A stretch of DNA of 64,000 nt from an uncultured Chloroflexia bacterium (lineage in GTDB: Bacteria; Chloroflexota; Anaerolineae; Anaerolineales; UBA4823), in the NCBI GenBank assembly GCA_963829555.1, contig CAWHJB010000011.1:68857-132856 (forward strand), written 5' to 3'. The notes beneath the pieces were generated by a model that ran no database searches, was not told the origin of the DNA, and saw nothing but the letters and a program-made list of their open reading frames with translations. This document shows positions 53,848 to 62,365 of the stretch, piece by piece. Made by a program: the position numbers and the translations under genes. Position 1 is the first letter of the stretch; each line of letters begins with the position of its first letter.

Positions 53848-54099
53848 TCAGATCCGCGTTGATGCACCCAGGTTTCCTTCGTGGTGATGCGCCTGGCTGT
53901 CGCCCGGTATAAACAGCTCATCCCGGGGACAGCGTTCACAACCGGAACCATCCTGGATAATCACGATGGCCGGGCAGGCTGAATAGGCGATAAATTGCAC
54001 CGGATGCATCTGGTCTGCGTTCGGATTGTTTATCCTGCGAAGATAGATCCCGCCGAATTCCAGACTTGCAGGACGGGTAAAAACCTGTTGGTGAGTCAT
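53848..54099 (-). CDS. hypothetical protein (83 aa)
   Basis: ORF-track entry with coding-like composition. No family recognised. Confidence 0.4.
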   Translation of the reverse strand: MTHQQVFTRPASLEFGGIYLRRINNPNADQMHPVQFIAYSACPAIVIIQDGSGCERCPRDELFIPGDSQAHHHEGNLGASTRI

Positions 54100-54178
54100 T
54101 GCGCTGCTCCAATCTTGTTTGAAACCGTTTTCTTTTCCCAGCTTAGCACGATAAAAATTTGAAAACGATCACCTGCGC

Positions 54179-54215
54179 GGGGGATTTAGGGGTGGATTCG
54201 GGGGGATCAAGGGGG
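54179..54215 (+). other. G-quadruplex-forming motif (G5-N5-G4-N7-G6-N5-G5)
   Basis: GGGGGATTTAGGGGTGGATTCGGGGGGATCAAGGGGG, in the divergent intergenic region 54100-54450. Confidence 0.6.
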
Positions 54216-54233
54216 CGCAGTCAAAATGTGTAG

Positions 54234-54283
54234 ATCCAGCGTTCGGTTTGGCCGGCGGATGCCGGCCAAACCGAACGCTGGAT
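54234..54283. repeat. long palindrome (singleton) with GGAT loop
   Basis: ATCCAGCGTTCGGTTTGGCCGGC-GGAT-GCCGGCCAAACCGAACGCTGGAT, 48 nt from family B copy 4. Confidence 0.9.
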
Positions 54284-54330
54284 TTCATTTTCTGCAACTT
54301 TTGGGTCTTTAGGAAAATCTTTGGAATAGT

Positions 54331-54384
54331 CCCAGATTTGGGGGTGTGAGCGTGCGGATGCACGCTCACACCCCCAAATCTGGG
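54331..54384. repeat. palindromic element, family B copy 4 (core, loop inverted)
   Basis: Arms are identical to copy 3, but the loop is GGAT, the reverse complement of ATCC. This copy is therefore inserted in the opposite orientation. Confidence 0.95.
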
Positions 54385-54450
54385 GCACCACCACAGAAAT
54401 TCCCAATGGGCGCACCTTTGAGCGCTTCCTTATGAGGGCCGTCATGTATA

Positions 54451-55320
54451 ATGGGGCTTTCTATAACGATGAAATGGATAACAGGTGCGATGACCGGAAT
54501 CATTTTTGCCATCTTAAGTGCGATCACCTGGGGGACCGGGGATTTTTGTGGCGGCCTGGCCACCCGTCGAAACTCACAATTCCAGGTGCTTGTGCTGGTT
54601 TCGATCATCGGGACCGGGCTGATGCTGGCGGCGGGATTGATCCTGCGAGAATCCTGGCCAAGCTTGTTGGATGTATTTTGGGCGGCTGGCGCTGGACTGG
54701 GCGGGGCAATTGGCATTTTGGCCCTGTATTACGGCCTATCGCGCGGCAACGCTGCCCTGGTGTCTCCGGTAGCGGCTGTTTTGAGCACGGCTTTGCCCCT
54801 GGTGATCAGTTTGCTGGTCGAGGGTCTCCCAGCTCCGCTTAAGCTGGCCGGCCTGTTCATCGCTATTCCAGGCATCTGGCAGGTGACGCGTTCAACTGAA
54901 CGTAGCGGGGGCGCCCAGGAAAGCAGCCTGGGATTGGCCATTCTGGCCGGGGTCGGTTTTGCAGCTTTTTTCGTCCTGATCGCTCAAATCAATGAAGGCC
55001 AGGTCTTTATGCCGTTGGTGATCTCGAAGCTGACTGCCGTTGGGGTGGGGCTGTTGTTTCTGGTGAGACGCCAGGAACGCTTAGCCCTGGCGGGCGGCAG
55101 ATCGGCAGTGGTTCTGGCAGCGATTTTTGATTCGGGGGGCAATGTATTTTTTCTGCTGGCGGAACAGAGCACGCGCCTGGATATCGCCGCAGTGCTTGCT
55201 TCGATGTATGCAGCTGTTACCGTCCTGTTATCTCGAAACTTATTAAAAGAAAACGTGACCTCTGGCCAGTGGCTGGGTGTCGGTCTGTGTCTGCTGGCCA
55301 TAGGTCTGATTGTGGTTTAA
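54451..55320 (+). CDS. EamA/DMT-family transporter
   Basis: About 10 TM helices with the two-EamA-repeat architecture. An alternative start is ATG 54469. Confidence 0.8.
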   Translation: MGLSITMKWITGAMTGIIFAILSAITWGTGDFCGGLATRRNSQFQVLVLVSIIGTGLMLAAGLILRESWPSLLDVFWAAGAGLGGAIGILALYYGLSRGNAALVSPVAAVLSTALPLVISLLVEGLPAPLKLAGLFIAIPGIWQVTRSTERSGGAQESSLGLAILAGVGFAAFFVLIAQINEGQVFMPLVISKLTAVGVGLLFLVRRQERLALAGGRSAVVLAAIFDSGGNVFFLLAEQSTRLDIAAVLASMYAAVTVLLSRNLLKENVTSGQWLGVGLCLLAIGLIVV

Positions 55321-55367
55321 TCGTCCCGATCCAACGCTCATGATTTAAACAGCAGTGCTTGAAAATT

Positions 55368-55405
55368 AAAGTACCAGCGTGGGCGTTCGCTCAGGCTGGT
55401 ACTTT
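55368..55405. repeat. imperfect palindrome with a family-A-like core
   Basis: AAAGTACCAGCGTGGGC-GTTC-GCTCAGGCTGGTACTTT, with two mismatches. Confidence 0.8.
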
Positions 55406-55560
55406 ATTTGTGGGTGCATTCGAGATGTTTTAACCACCACAGGTATTCCCAATGAGGCATTTGTTTGCCTCTGGCATTTTTGGCAGCGATCGATTATAAT
55501 TAGAACAAATGTACTAATCTCTAAGAATATTGGTATCTGCTTTGACAATGTCATCTTAAT

Positions 55561-55620
55561 AAACAGGATACCCAAATTTTGAGGTGTGTGGCGGGCAGCC
55601 GCCCGCCACACACCTGTTTC
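55561..55620. repeat. chimeric palindromic element (family C left half, family-D-like right half)
   Basis: AAACAGGATACCCAAATTTTG-AGGTGTGTGGCGGG-CAGCC-GCCCGCCACACACCT-GTTTCGCC. Only the 14-bp inner stem pairs. Confidence 0.85.
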
Positions 55621-55783
55621 GCCACCAATCCCAGGCAATGGCTGGGTAGTTACGAATATTGGTAAATTTTGACCACACAGTGAGCAAATCACTGCTTTGT
55701 TCGTTCGCTGCAATCCGTACAATTCCTGCCTGTGCTCTTCATTACCAAATACCGGATTGTCTGATCGTTGAGGTCAACCTTCT

Positions 55784-57187
55784 ATGCAAGGTCGTGTTAA
55801 ACAAACCAACCGGGCATGGCCTGGTTTGATAGGATGGCTTTTTCTCCTCGCACTGGTTGGAACCTGGCTGGCGCAGCCCGCTAAAACCCTCGCTCAGGCC
55901 GGTGTCCCTCCGGGATTCAGGCTGCTCGCCCAGCAGCCAGGAGTGGCGTTGTATCGCAAGGACTACCCGGGCGGCTCACCTGACTTCGTCCAGGTGGTCA
56001 ATCTAGCAGCCGGCGCCTCGATCGATTTATTGCACGGGAATCCGGTAGCCATGAACAACGCCCATAATCAGGGTGAATTTGGCGGTCCAAATCCATCCTT
56101 CCATCAAAAATCGATCCAATCGTACTGGCAGGCATACGCCTCCGACCGCGAGAACGCTTTCTGTGTCACCAATGGCACGTTCTTTTATATGCCCGAAAGC
56201 CCGACGCCGCTGGCTCTGCCGCTGCTGGTCGATCATCAACTTCTGGCGGAAGGATTCGGATACCCGCAATATCCGGAGAAGCAGTTGATCCTGGCCTTGT
56301 GGGCCGGCCGGGCCGATATTCTCCCGCTCACGCCCGAGATTTTGGCCTCAATCGATGCTGACCAGGTCATTGGCGGCCTGACTGAAGAGGCCAACAAGAA
56401 ACCGAAAAACGCGGTTGGAAGGACTTTCGTTGGGATCTGGGATAACGACGGCGACCAAATTACTGAAACCGTCGCGATTTACACGACCCAGACCGCTACC
56501 CAGGCTGAAGCCGCCCGAACGGTGCGCAGTTTTGGCGCCAGTAAAGTGATGATGCTGGATGGGGGTGGGTCAACCCAATTGATCTGTCAGGGACAAGCCT
56601 ATATCGATACCACCCGGGCGATCCCACAGGCTTTAGGTGTGTCTGCCGGCGTTCAGGCCGGCCTCGTCAGGGCGGATTCAGCGCCCACGGTTCGTGAGGA
56701 TCCGCCACCCTCAGGCGAGGTCGCCTCCTTGGCGGTTGAAAACCTCGGCCCTGAAAATTCGACTGCCCAAGCGGTTCCCCAGGCGCCAACCCAGGAATCG
56801 GGCGCCGGGCTGGATTCCGGGCTGTCGCCACAAGCACCCTTACCGGTTGAAGTTCATCCGGTTGAGAAAGGCCAGGTTCAGCCAGGGAGCCAGGCAATTA
56901 TGCCAACAGCCGTGCCTGATTCGTCCGGCCCGATGGACGAGCCAGCTCTGTCTCAAGCGCCGGATGAGCCAGCTCTCGCTCAGCCCCAGGATGAACCCTC
57001 TGTTGGAAATGTCAGCCCCACCAGTTCAGCTCTGAGCGCCTCTGCTCCAGCAGCTTCCGGGAGCCTGGTAAAAGCTCAAGCCAATGGTTTGGATGTGCTC
57101 TTGTTGCCGGCGATCATTTCTCCGCTTTCGGTACTGCTGATCGTTATCGTTCGTAAACAAATCTTCTTGCTTTACCGGGATGGTTGA
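55784..57187 (+). CDS. secreted phosphodiester-glycosidase-like protein with Pro-rich spacer and C-terminal TM anchor
   Basis: Signal peptide, then the core ending ...VMMLDGGGSTQL (NAGPA/DUF2233-like; moderate call). This is followed by a Pro/Ala/Gln-rich low-complexity region with DEPAL repeats and a terminal TM helix. Confidence 0.6.
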   Translation: MQGRVKQTNRAWPGLIGWLFLLALVGTWLAQPAKTLAQAGVPPGFRLLAQQPGVALYRKDYPGGSPDFVQVVNLAAGASIDLLHGNPVAMNNAHNQGEFGGPNPSFHQKSIQSYWQAYASDRENAFCVTNGTFFYMPESPTPLALPLLVDHQLLAEGFGYPQYPEKQLILALWAGRADILPLTPEILASIDADQVIGGLTEEANKKPKNAVGRTFVGIWDNDGDQITETVAIYTTQTATQAEAARTVRSFGASKVMMLDGGGSTQLICQGQAYIDTTRAIPQALGVSAGVQAGLVRADSAPTVREDPPPSGEVASLAVENLGPENSTAQAVPQAPTQESGAGLDSGLSPQAPLPVEVHPVEKGQVQPGSQAIMPTAVPDSSGPMDEPALSQAPDEPALAQPQDEPSVGNVSPTSSALSASAPAASGSLVKAQANGLDVLLLPAIISPLSVLLIVIVRKQIFLLYRDG

Positions 57188-57198
57188 ACGGCAATGTC

Positions 57199-57246
57199 AA
57201 AACAAGGCGTCAGCGTGGGCAAACGCCCACGCTGACGCCTTGTTTT
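57199..57246. repeat. palindromic element, family A copy 4
   Basis: AAAACAAGGCGTCAGCGTGGGC-AAAC-GCCCACGCTGACGCCTTGTTTT. Confidence 0.95.
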
Positions 57247-57389
57247 AACAGAACCTCTGGGATCAGAAACTGGAGGTATAATTAATCCGATATAGTTGAT
57301 CGGAAATAGGCTGGGGGACAGCCCGCGGCAGGGAACGGCCTGCTGGTTCGTTTGTTCTCAAATGGGGGAAGAAACATGAGAGGTTCATA

Positions 57390-59348
57390 ATGGATATGAA
57401 TGTGTCGCAAAAGATTATCAAGGCGCATCTGCTCAACGGAGAGATGAAGCCCGGGGTTGAGATTGGGATCCGGATCGATCAAACCCTGACCCAGGATGCC
57501 ACCGGCACGCTGGTGATGTTGGAACTCGAAGCCATGGATCTTGACCGCACAAAGACGGAAGTTTCCGTCCAGTATGTCGATCATAATCTGATCCAGGCCG
57601 ACTTCAAAAATCCCGATGACCACCTGTTCCTGCTGAGCGCCTGCCAGCGGTTTGGCTTGTGGTTCAGCCGCCCTGGCAACGGGGTCAGCCACCCACTGCA
57701 TATGCAAAGGTTTGGCAAGCCGGGCAAGACTTTATTGGGTTCAGACAGCCATACCCCGGCGGCTGGCTCTTTGGGCATGCTGGCGATTGGGGCCGGCGGG
57801 CTGGACGTCGCCATGGCGATGGCTGGAGAACCTTTCTATGTGAAAATGCCGCTTATCTGGGGCGTCAGGCTGACCGGTGCACTGCCTGATTGGGTCAGCG
57901 CCAAAGATGTCGTCCTGGAGATGCTGCGCCGTCATGATGTGGATGGCGGCGTGGGCGCCATCTTTGAATACTATGGCCCGGGCCTTGCCTCACTTTCGGC
58001 GATGGACCGCCACGTGATTGCCAATATGGGCACTGAAATGGGCGCCACCTCCACAGTGTTTCCCTCGGATGCAGTTGTGCGGCAGTTTCTGGAATCGCAG
58101 GGCAGGGGCGAAGATTGGGTCGAGCTATCGGCCGATCGCGACGCAAGCTATGACCGTCATGATGAGCTTGACCTGTCTGCAATCGAACCGATGATTGCGA
58201 AACCCAGCAGCCCCGGAGCGGTCGTGCCGGTGCGCGCAGTCGCCGGCGCCCCGATTTACCAGGCTTACATCGGTTCTTCGGCTAACCCCGGGTATCGCGA
58301 TTTCGCGGTCGCAGCTGAGATCGTCAAGAGTCAAAAGGTGGCTCAGGATGTCTCTTTCGATATCAACCCCACTTCGCGCCAGCTGTTGGAAGAGCTGGCC
58401 CAATCCGGTGAACTTAATCATTTAATCCATGCCGGCGCCCGGCTGCATCAAGCCGGGTGTAACGGCTGCATTGGGATGGGTCAGGCGCCTGCCAGTGGCA
58501 GGATCAGCCTGCGTACAGTTCCACGTAACTTCCCTGGGCGGTCTGGCACCAAGGAAGATCAGGTCTACCTGTGCAGCCCTGAAACTGCTGCAGCCTCAGC
58601 GCTGACCGGGAAGATCACCGACCCGCGCCGGCTGGGCCAGGCTTACCCGCGAGTGAAGCTTCCTGAACAGCGTATCACCAATCCAGACAGCTTTGTGCCG
58701 CCCCTTCCTGTTGAGCAGGCGCGCCAGGTTGAGCTTGTGAAGGGCCCCAATATCGCATCTCTGCCAGAATTAGAGCCGCTGCCCGATGAATTTACCTTAC
58801 CGATTTTACTGAAAGTTGGCGATAATATTTCCACCGATGAAATCATGCCGGCCGGGGCGCGCGTGCTGCCCTTCCGGAGCAATATCCCGAGAATCAGCGA
58901 TTTCGTCTTTGAAATTATCGACCCGGACTATACCAACCGGGCCAGGCAAGCAAAACTCACGGGTGGCCATGCAGTTATCGGTGGTTTGAACTATGGGCAG
59001 GGTTCCAGTCGTGAACACGCGGCCCTGGCGCCGCGCTACCTTGGTTTGCGGGTCGTGATCGCAAAGAGCTATGCCCGGATCCATCGCAAGAATTTGATCA
59101 ACTACGGCATCCTGCCCTTGACCTTTGATGACCCTGGCGTCTATGCACAATTAGAGCAAGGGGATACATTGATACTGAAGGGTTTACGCTCGCTTTTAGC
59201 GGAAGAGGCTGAAAAGGATGCTTTGAAAGTCCAGGTCCCTGAAAAGGGGTTGTCATTTTCTGTCAGCCATCTTCTGACCCCGCATATGGCCAGGGTGATG
59301 CTCGCCGGCGGCTTAACCAACTGGGTGCGTGTAAAGAATAAGGGTTGA
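57390..59348 (+). CDS. aconitate hydratase (aconitase family, ~650-aa type)
   Basis: Motifs: IDQTLTQDATG, GSDSHT, and the Fe-S cluster ligand region CNGCIGMG. The swivel domain is fused at the C-terminus. Confidence 0.85.
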   Translation: MDMNVSQKIIKAHLLNGEMKPGVEIGIRIDQTLTQDATGTLVMLELEAMDLDRTKTEVSVQYVDHNLIQADFKNPDDHLFLLSACQRFGLWFSRPGNGVSHPLHMQRFGKPGKTLLGSDSHTPAAGSLGMLAIGAGGLDVAMAMAGEPFYVKMPLIWGVRLTGALPDWVSAKDVVLEMLRRHDVDGGVGAIFEYYGPGLASLSAMDRHVIANMGTEMGATSTVFPSDAVVRQFLESQGRGEDWVELSADRDASYDRHDELDLSAIEPMIAKPSSPGAVVPVRAVAGAPIYQAYIGSSANPGYRDFAVAAEIVKSQKVAQDVSFDINPTSRQLLEELAQSGELNHLIHAGARLHQAGCNGCIGMGQAPASGRISLRTVPRNFPGRSGTKEDQVYLCSPETAAASALTGKITDPRRLGQAYPRVKLPEQRITNPDSFVPPLPVEQARQVELVKGPNIASLPELEPLPDEFTLPILLKVGDNISTDEIMPAGARVLPFRSNIPRISDFVFEIIDPDYTNRARQAKLTGGHAVIGGLNYGQGSSREHAALAPRYLGLRVVIAKSYARIHRKNLINYGILPLTFDDPGVYAQLEQGDTLILKGLRSLLAEEAEKDALKVQVPEKGLSFSVSHLLTPHMARVMLAGGLTNWVRVKNKG

Positions 59349-59413
59349 TTTTTCGGATTGAGAGATCACCTGCCCACCTGGCCAGTAGAAAACAGGCCAG
59401 ACGGCTACGGCCG

Positions 59414-59445
59414 AACTCCCCCTGAGACCGGGGGAGTTTGGCGTT
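59414..59445 (+). terminator. terminator-like hairpin downstream of the aconitase gene
   Basis: AACTCCCCC-TGAGACC-GGGGGAGTT followed by TGGCGTTT. The T-tract is weak. Confidence 0.5.
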
Positions 59446-59499
59446 TAAAGAGCTATGATATGGATAGAATATTCAACATCATTTGAAAGAAGGCAAACT

Positions 59500-59916
59500 A
59501 TGGATAACCAGTATTTCGATCAAAATGACCAATCTGAAACGGTTGACTACGATGGGATGCGCCCGCGCCGGCGGGATCGCTCTCGAATGGGTTCGTCTGG
59601 CGGCTGGCTGGGGGGCGCTTTTCTCGTTGCCTTAGGTTTGATCTTGATGCTCCAAAACCTGGGGACCCTGCCAAACGCCAACTGGTGGGCCTTATTCATC
59701 TTGCTGCCTGCGGCCGGAGCCTTCACCAAGGCCTTTAGCATCTATCAGACGACCGGCAGCTTCACCACCCAGGCCCGCGGCTCCCTATGGGCCGGGCTGA
59801 TGTTCTCGGTTGTAGCCGGGATGTTCCTGTTTGATCTGAATTGGGTGATCCTCGGACCGGTATTGCTTATTCTGGCGGGCGCCGGCCTCCTGATCAATGC
59901 AGTCCTGCCGGGATAG
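59500..59916 (+). CDS. small membrane protein (LiaF/DUF5668-like)
   Basis: From ORF 59455..59916, with the start at ATG 59500 (MDNQYF...). Charged N-terminus followed by four TM helices. Confidence 0.5.
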   Translation: MDNQYFDQNDQSETVDYDGMRPRRRDRSRMGSSGGWLGGAFLVALGLILMLQNLGTLPNANWWALFILLPAAGAFTKAFSIYQTTGSFTTQARGSLWAGLMFSVVAGMFLFDLNWVILGPVLLILAGAGLLINAVLPG

Positions 59917-59971
59917 GACTGCGCCAGCAGCATAAACAATATGGTCATTACTCAGCCACAGCAGAATAGAC

Positions 59972-60025
59972 GCCTAAATGGGTGTAGGTGGTAGGCGTAC
60001 GACCACCACGTACACCCATTTAGGC
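59972..60025. repeat. long palindrome (singleton)
   Basis: GCCTAAATGGGTGTAGGTGGTAGGCGTACGACCACCACGTACACCCATTTAGGC. The outer 15 bp pair perfectly; the inner part is imperfect. Confidence 0.85.
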
Positions 60026-60149
60026 CACATTTTTACATCCGGCTGAGATGAACCAAAATATTATTGCGGATTTCTAAAAGATTGGCCTTTCAGAAATTCG
60101 CATGTTCTTTACTGCTGAAAATATGAGGCTGACCAGAGTAGAACCTACC

Positions 60150-61652
60150 ATGAAAAAATTCATCCGCGAGAATATTCACTTGTTGATCCTTGGCCTGGTG
60201 GTAACGATGATCCATGGCCTTACGAACGGTCAATATGGCTTTCATCGGGATGAGCTGGATATTATCCTGAACGCCCGCCAGCTGGATTGGGGGTATGTTG
60301 CCTATCCGCCCTTCACACCCTGGATAGCCAGTCTGGGCCTGGCCTTATTTGGCAATTCCCTGCAGGGGCTGCGGTTGTTTTCAGCCTTGGGCCAGGGTAT
60401 TTGTGTTGTGTTGGTTGGATTGATAGCCCGTGATTTGGGCGGCAGCCGGTCGGCTCAGATCATGGCAGCCATCGCGGCTGCGGTTGCGCCGGTGGCGCTG
60501 ACTGCCGGCACCATGATCCAGTATATGTCCTTCGATTATCTCTGGTGGGTGGCAATCGCTTTCTGCTTCGTGCGCCTGCTGGCAAGCGAGAATCCTCGCT
60601 GGTGGCTGGGTGTTGGGATTGCCATTGGCATGGGCATGATGACCAAATACACGGTGGTTTTCTTTGTCGCCGGATTGGTGGCGGCAACCCTGCTCACCGG
60701 GTATCGCCGCTATTTGCGCTCACCCTGGCTGTGGGCAGGCGCCGGATTGGCCGTATTGATCTGGCTTCCCAACCTGCTCTGGCAGATCCGGCACGACTTT
60801 ATTTCGCTGGAGTTCCTGAGCGCCATCCACGCCCGTGACATCGAGTGGGGCCGTACCCAGGGCTTTCTGCCCGAGCAGCTCTATATCGCCGCGAATCCAC
60901 TCACGCTGCCGCTGTGGCTGCTTGGATTGTACCTGATCTTGTTTACCCGGCGCATGCGGCGATTTTTCGTCCTGGGTGTCGCCTTCCTGATAACATTTAT
61001 TTTATTGTGGGCTTCGCAGGGCAGATCCTACTATGTCGGCCCGGCTTACACCCTGCTGTTGGCCGCCGGGGCGGTGGGCCTGGAGGGCTGGATCCGACAA
61101 CTGCGTGCTCCCTGGCAGAAGCTCGGACAATCACTGGCCTGGGGTTTGTTAGGGTTGGCAGCCGTACTTGGCGTCGCCCTGGTCAAGCCTATTCCACCCA
61201 TCCAATCCGCCTGGTGGGATGTGCTCGCTTCCGTCAATGGCGAGGTGGTGGAAATGGTCGGCTGGCAGGATCTGACCGCCCAGGTGGCCGATATCTACGC
61301 CGGGCTGCCATCCGAGGAAAAAGCACGCACTGCCATCCTGGCAGGAAATTACGGCGAAGCCGGGGCTCTGGATCTATACGGTCGGGACTACGGTTTGCCC
61401 CTGGTTATCAGCGGCTCGAACAGTTTGTGGGCGCGGGGGTATGGCAGCATCGATCCGGAGACGATCATCGTGGTTGGGTTTGAAGCCGCCTACGCCAGTT
61501 ATTTTTTCAAAGAATGCGATTACGCCGGGCGAGTGACAAACCAGTACAATGTCTCCAATGAGGAAACCAGCGATCATACCGGGTTGTATGTGTGCCGCCA
61601 GCCTCGTAACCCCTGGGCGGAAATGTGGCCGCAAATGCAGTGGTTTCAATAA
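60150..61652 (+). CDS. glycosyltransferase family 39 (ArnT/PMT-like) membrane protein
   Basis: From ORF 60102..61652, with the start at ATG 60150. The polytopic N-terminal two-thirds begins with the first-loop motif FHRDELD. Soluble C-terminal domain. Confidence 0.75.
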   Translation: MKKFIRENIHLLILGLVVTMIHGLTNGQYGFHRDELDIILNARQLDWGYVAYPPFTPWIASLGLALFGNSLQGLRLFSALGQGICVVLVGLIARDLGGSRSAQIMAAIAAAVAPVALTAGTMIQYMSFDYLWWVAIAFCFVRLLASENPRWWLGVGIAIGMGMMTKYTVVFFVAGLVAATLLTGYRRYLRSPWLWAGAGLAVLIWLPNLLWQIRHDFISLEFLSAIHARDIEWGRTQGFLPEQLYIAANPLTLPLWLLGLYLILFTRRMRRFFVLGVAFLITFILLWASQGRSYYVGPAYTLLLAAGAVGLEGWIRQLRAPWQKLGQSLAWGLLGLAAVLGVALVKPIPPIQSAWWDVLASVNGEVVEMVGWQDLTAQVADIYAGLPSEEKARTAILAGNYGEAGALDLYGRDYGLPLVISGSNSLWARGYGSIDPETIIVVGFEAAYASYFFKECDYAGRVTNQYNVSNEETSDHTGLYVCRQPRNPWAEMWPQMQWFQ

Positions 61653-61662
61653 TTAAGACAGG

Positions 61663-61707
61663 CCCGAACGGGATGGATGGCGTACCTCGCCATCCATCCC
61701 GTTCGGG
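61663..61707. repeat. long palindrome between convergent genes
   Basis: CCCGAACGGGATGGATGGCG-TACCT-CGCCATCCATCCCGTTCGGG. Confidence 0.9.
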
Positions 61708-61745
61708 AAATTTCCTGGAAGTTGTATTCTAGCGGTAATGGCTTT

Positions 61746-62315
61746 TTAGGGGTTGAGATAGGGCGCTACGATTTCCTGGAGGGTTTCCGCTTCTTTGATG
61801 CCATAATCCAATAAATGAACGCTGCCCGCCCGGTCGATGATCAGCATGGGAGACAGGGGAGGATTGAGATACTGGGCGCTGTACAGGTTGCCCAGGGCGC
61901 GGGCAACCTGGCGCGGCGCTACGGCAAAATGCCAATCAAAGCGATAACCGGCCGCAAAATCCTTGAGGGAGGCCTCATCTTCGTTCGCATCGACATCCAG
62001 GCTGATCGAAATCAGGTCATCCGGATAACCGAGCGCTTCATGCAGTTTACCCACCTGGCTGGCCTGAATGACGCAGTTTGGGCACCAGATAGCCATGGTC
62101 TCGACCAGCACAACCTTGCCGGTAAAGTCGTTCATCGTAAAGGTCGCACCGGTCTGCACGTCGGTCAGTTCAACGTCGAACCATTCCGGCGTCGTCGTTG
62201 GGGAAGGCTGAACCGTTTGCAGTGCGGGATTAAGCGTATCTGCCTGTGCACCCGCACAGGCAGATATCACGAACACCCATCCAAGGAGAATTAGGAAGAC
62301 TCGAACTCTATTCAC
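61746..62315 (-). CDS. TlpA-like thiol:disulfide oxidoreductase lipoprotein
   Basis: Lipobox (FVISAC) and the thioredoxin-fold motif WCPNC. Confidence 0.85.
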   Translation of the reverse strand: MNRVRVFLILLGWVFVISACAGAQADTLNPALQTVQPSPTTTPEWFDVELTDVQTGATFTMNDFTGKVVLVETMAIWCPNCVIQASQVGKLHEALGYPDDLISISLDVDANEDEASLKDFAAGYRFDWHFAVAPRQVARALGNLYSAQYLNPPLSPMLIIDRAGSVHLLDYGIKEAETLQEIVAPYLNP

Positions 62316-62365
62316 GATCTTTCTCCGGTTTAATAATTACCAATAAAGCAGCATCTAAATCAGCA

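Noticed and set aside
55468-55486. CTGGCATTTTTGGCAGC as a sigma-54 promoter. Other near matches include 38088 TGGCAC-N5-TTGTA, 25446-25461 minus TGGCAC-N5-TGCAA, 13867 TGGCAT-N5-TCTGC and 42768 TGGCAA-N5-TGCAG.
   Set aside because: The GG-to-GC spacing is off by 1-2 nt, or the invariant GC of the -12 element is missing. Most are inside coding regions and on the wrong strand for any nearby start codon.
56930-57000. 27-nt imperfect tandem repeat encoding DEPAL(S/A)QAP in the C-terminal spacer of the phosphodiester-glycosidase-like protein.
   Set aside because: It is real but unremarkable: a low-complexity Pro-rich linker, only about 2.5 copies, with no evidence of function beyond spacing.
5297-61707. 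Possible CRISPR array, given the many similar palindromic repeats.
   Set aside because: The copies are kilobases apart, separated by genes rather than regularly spaced by 25-50-nt spacers. Several different families are interspersed, and there are no cas genes.
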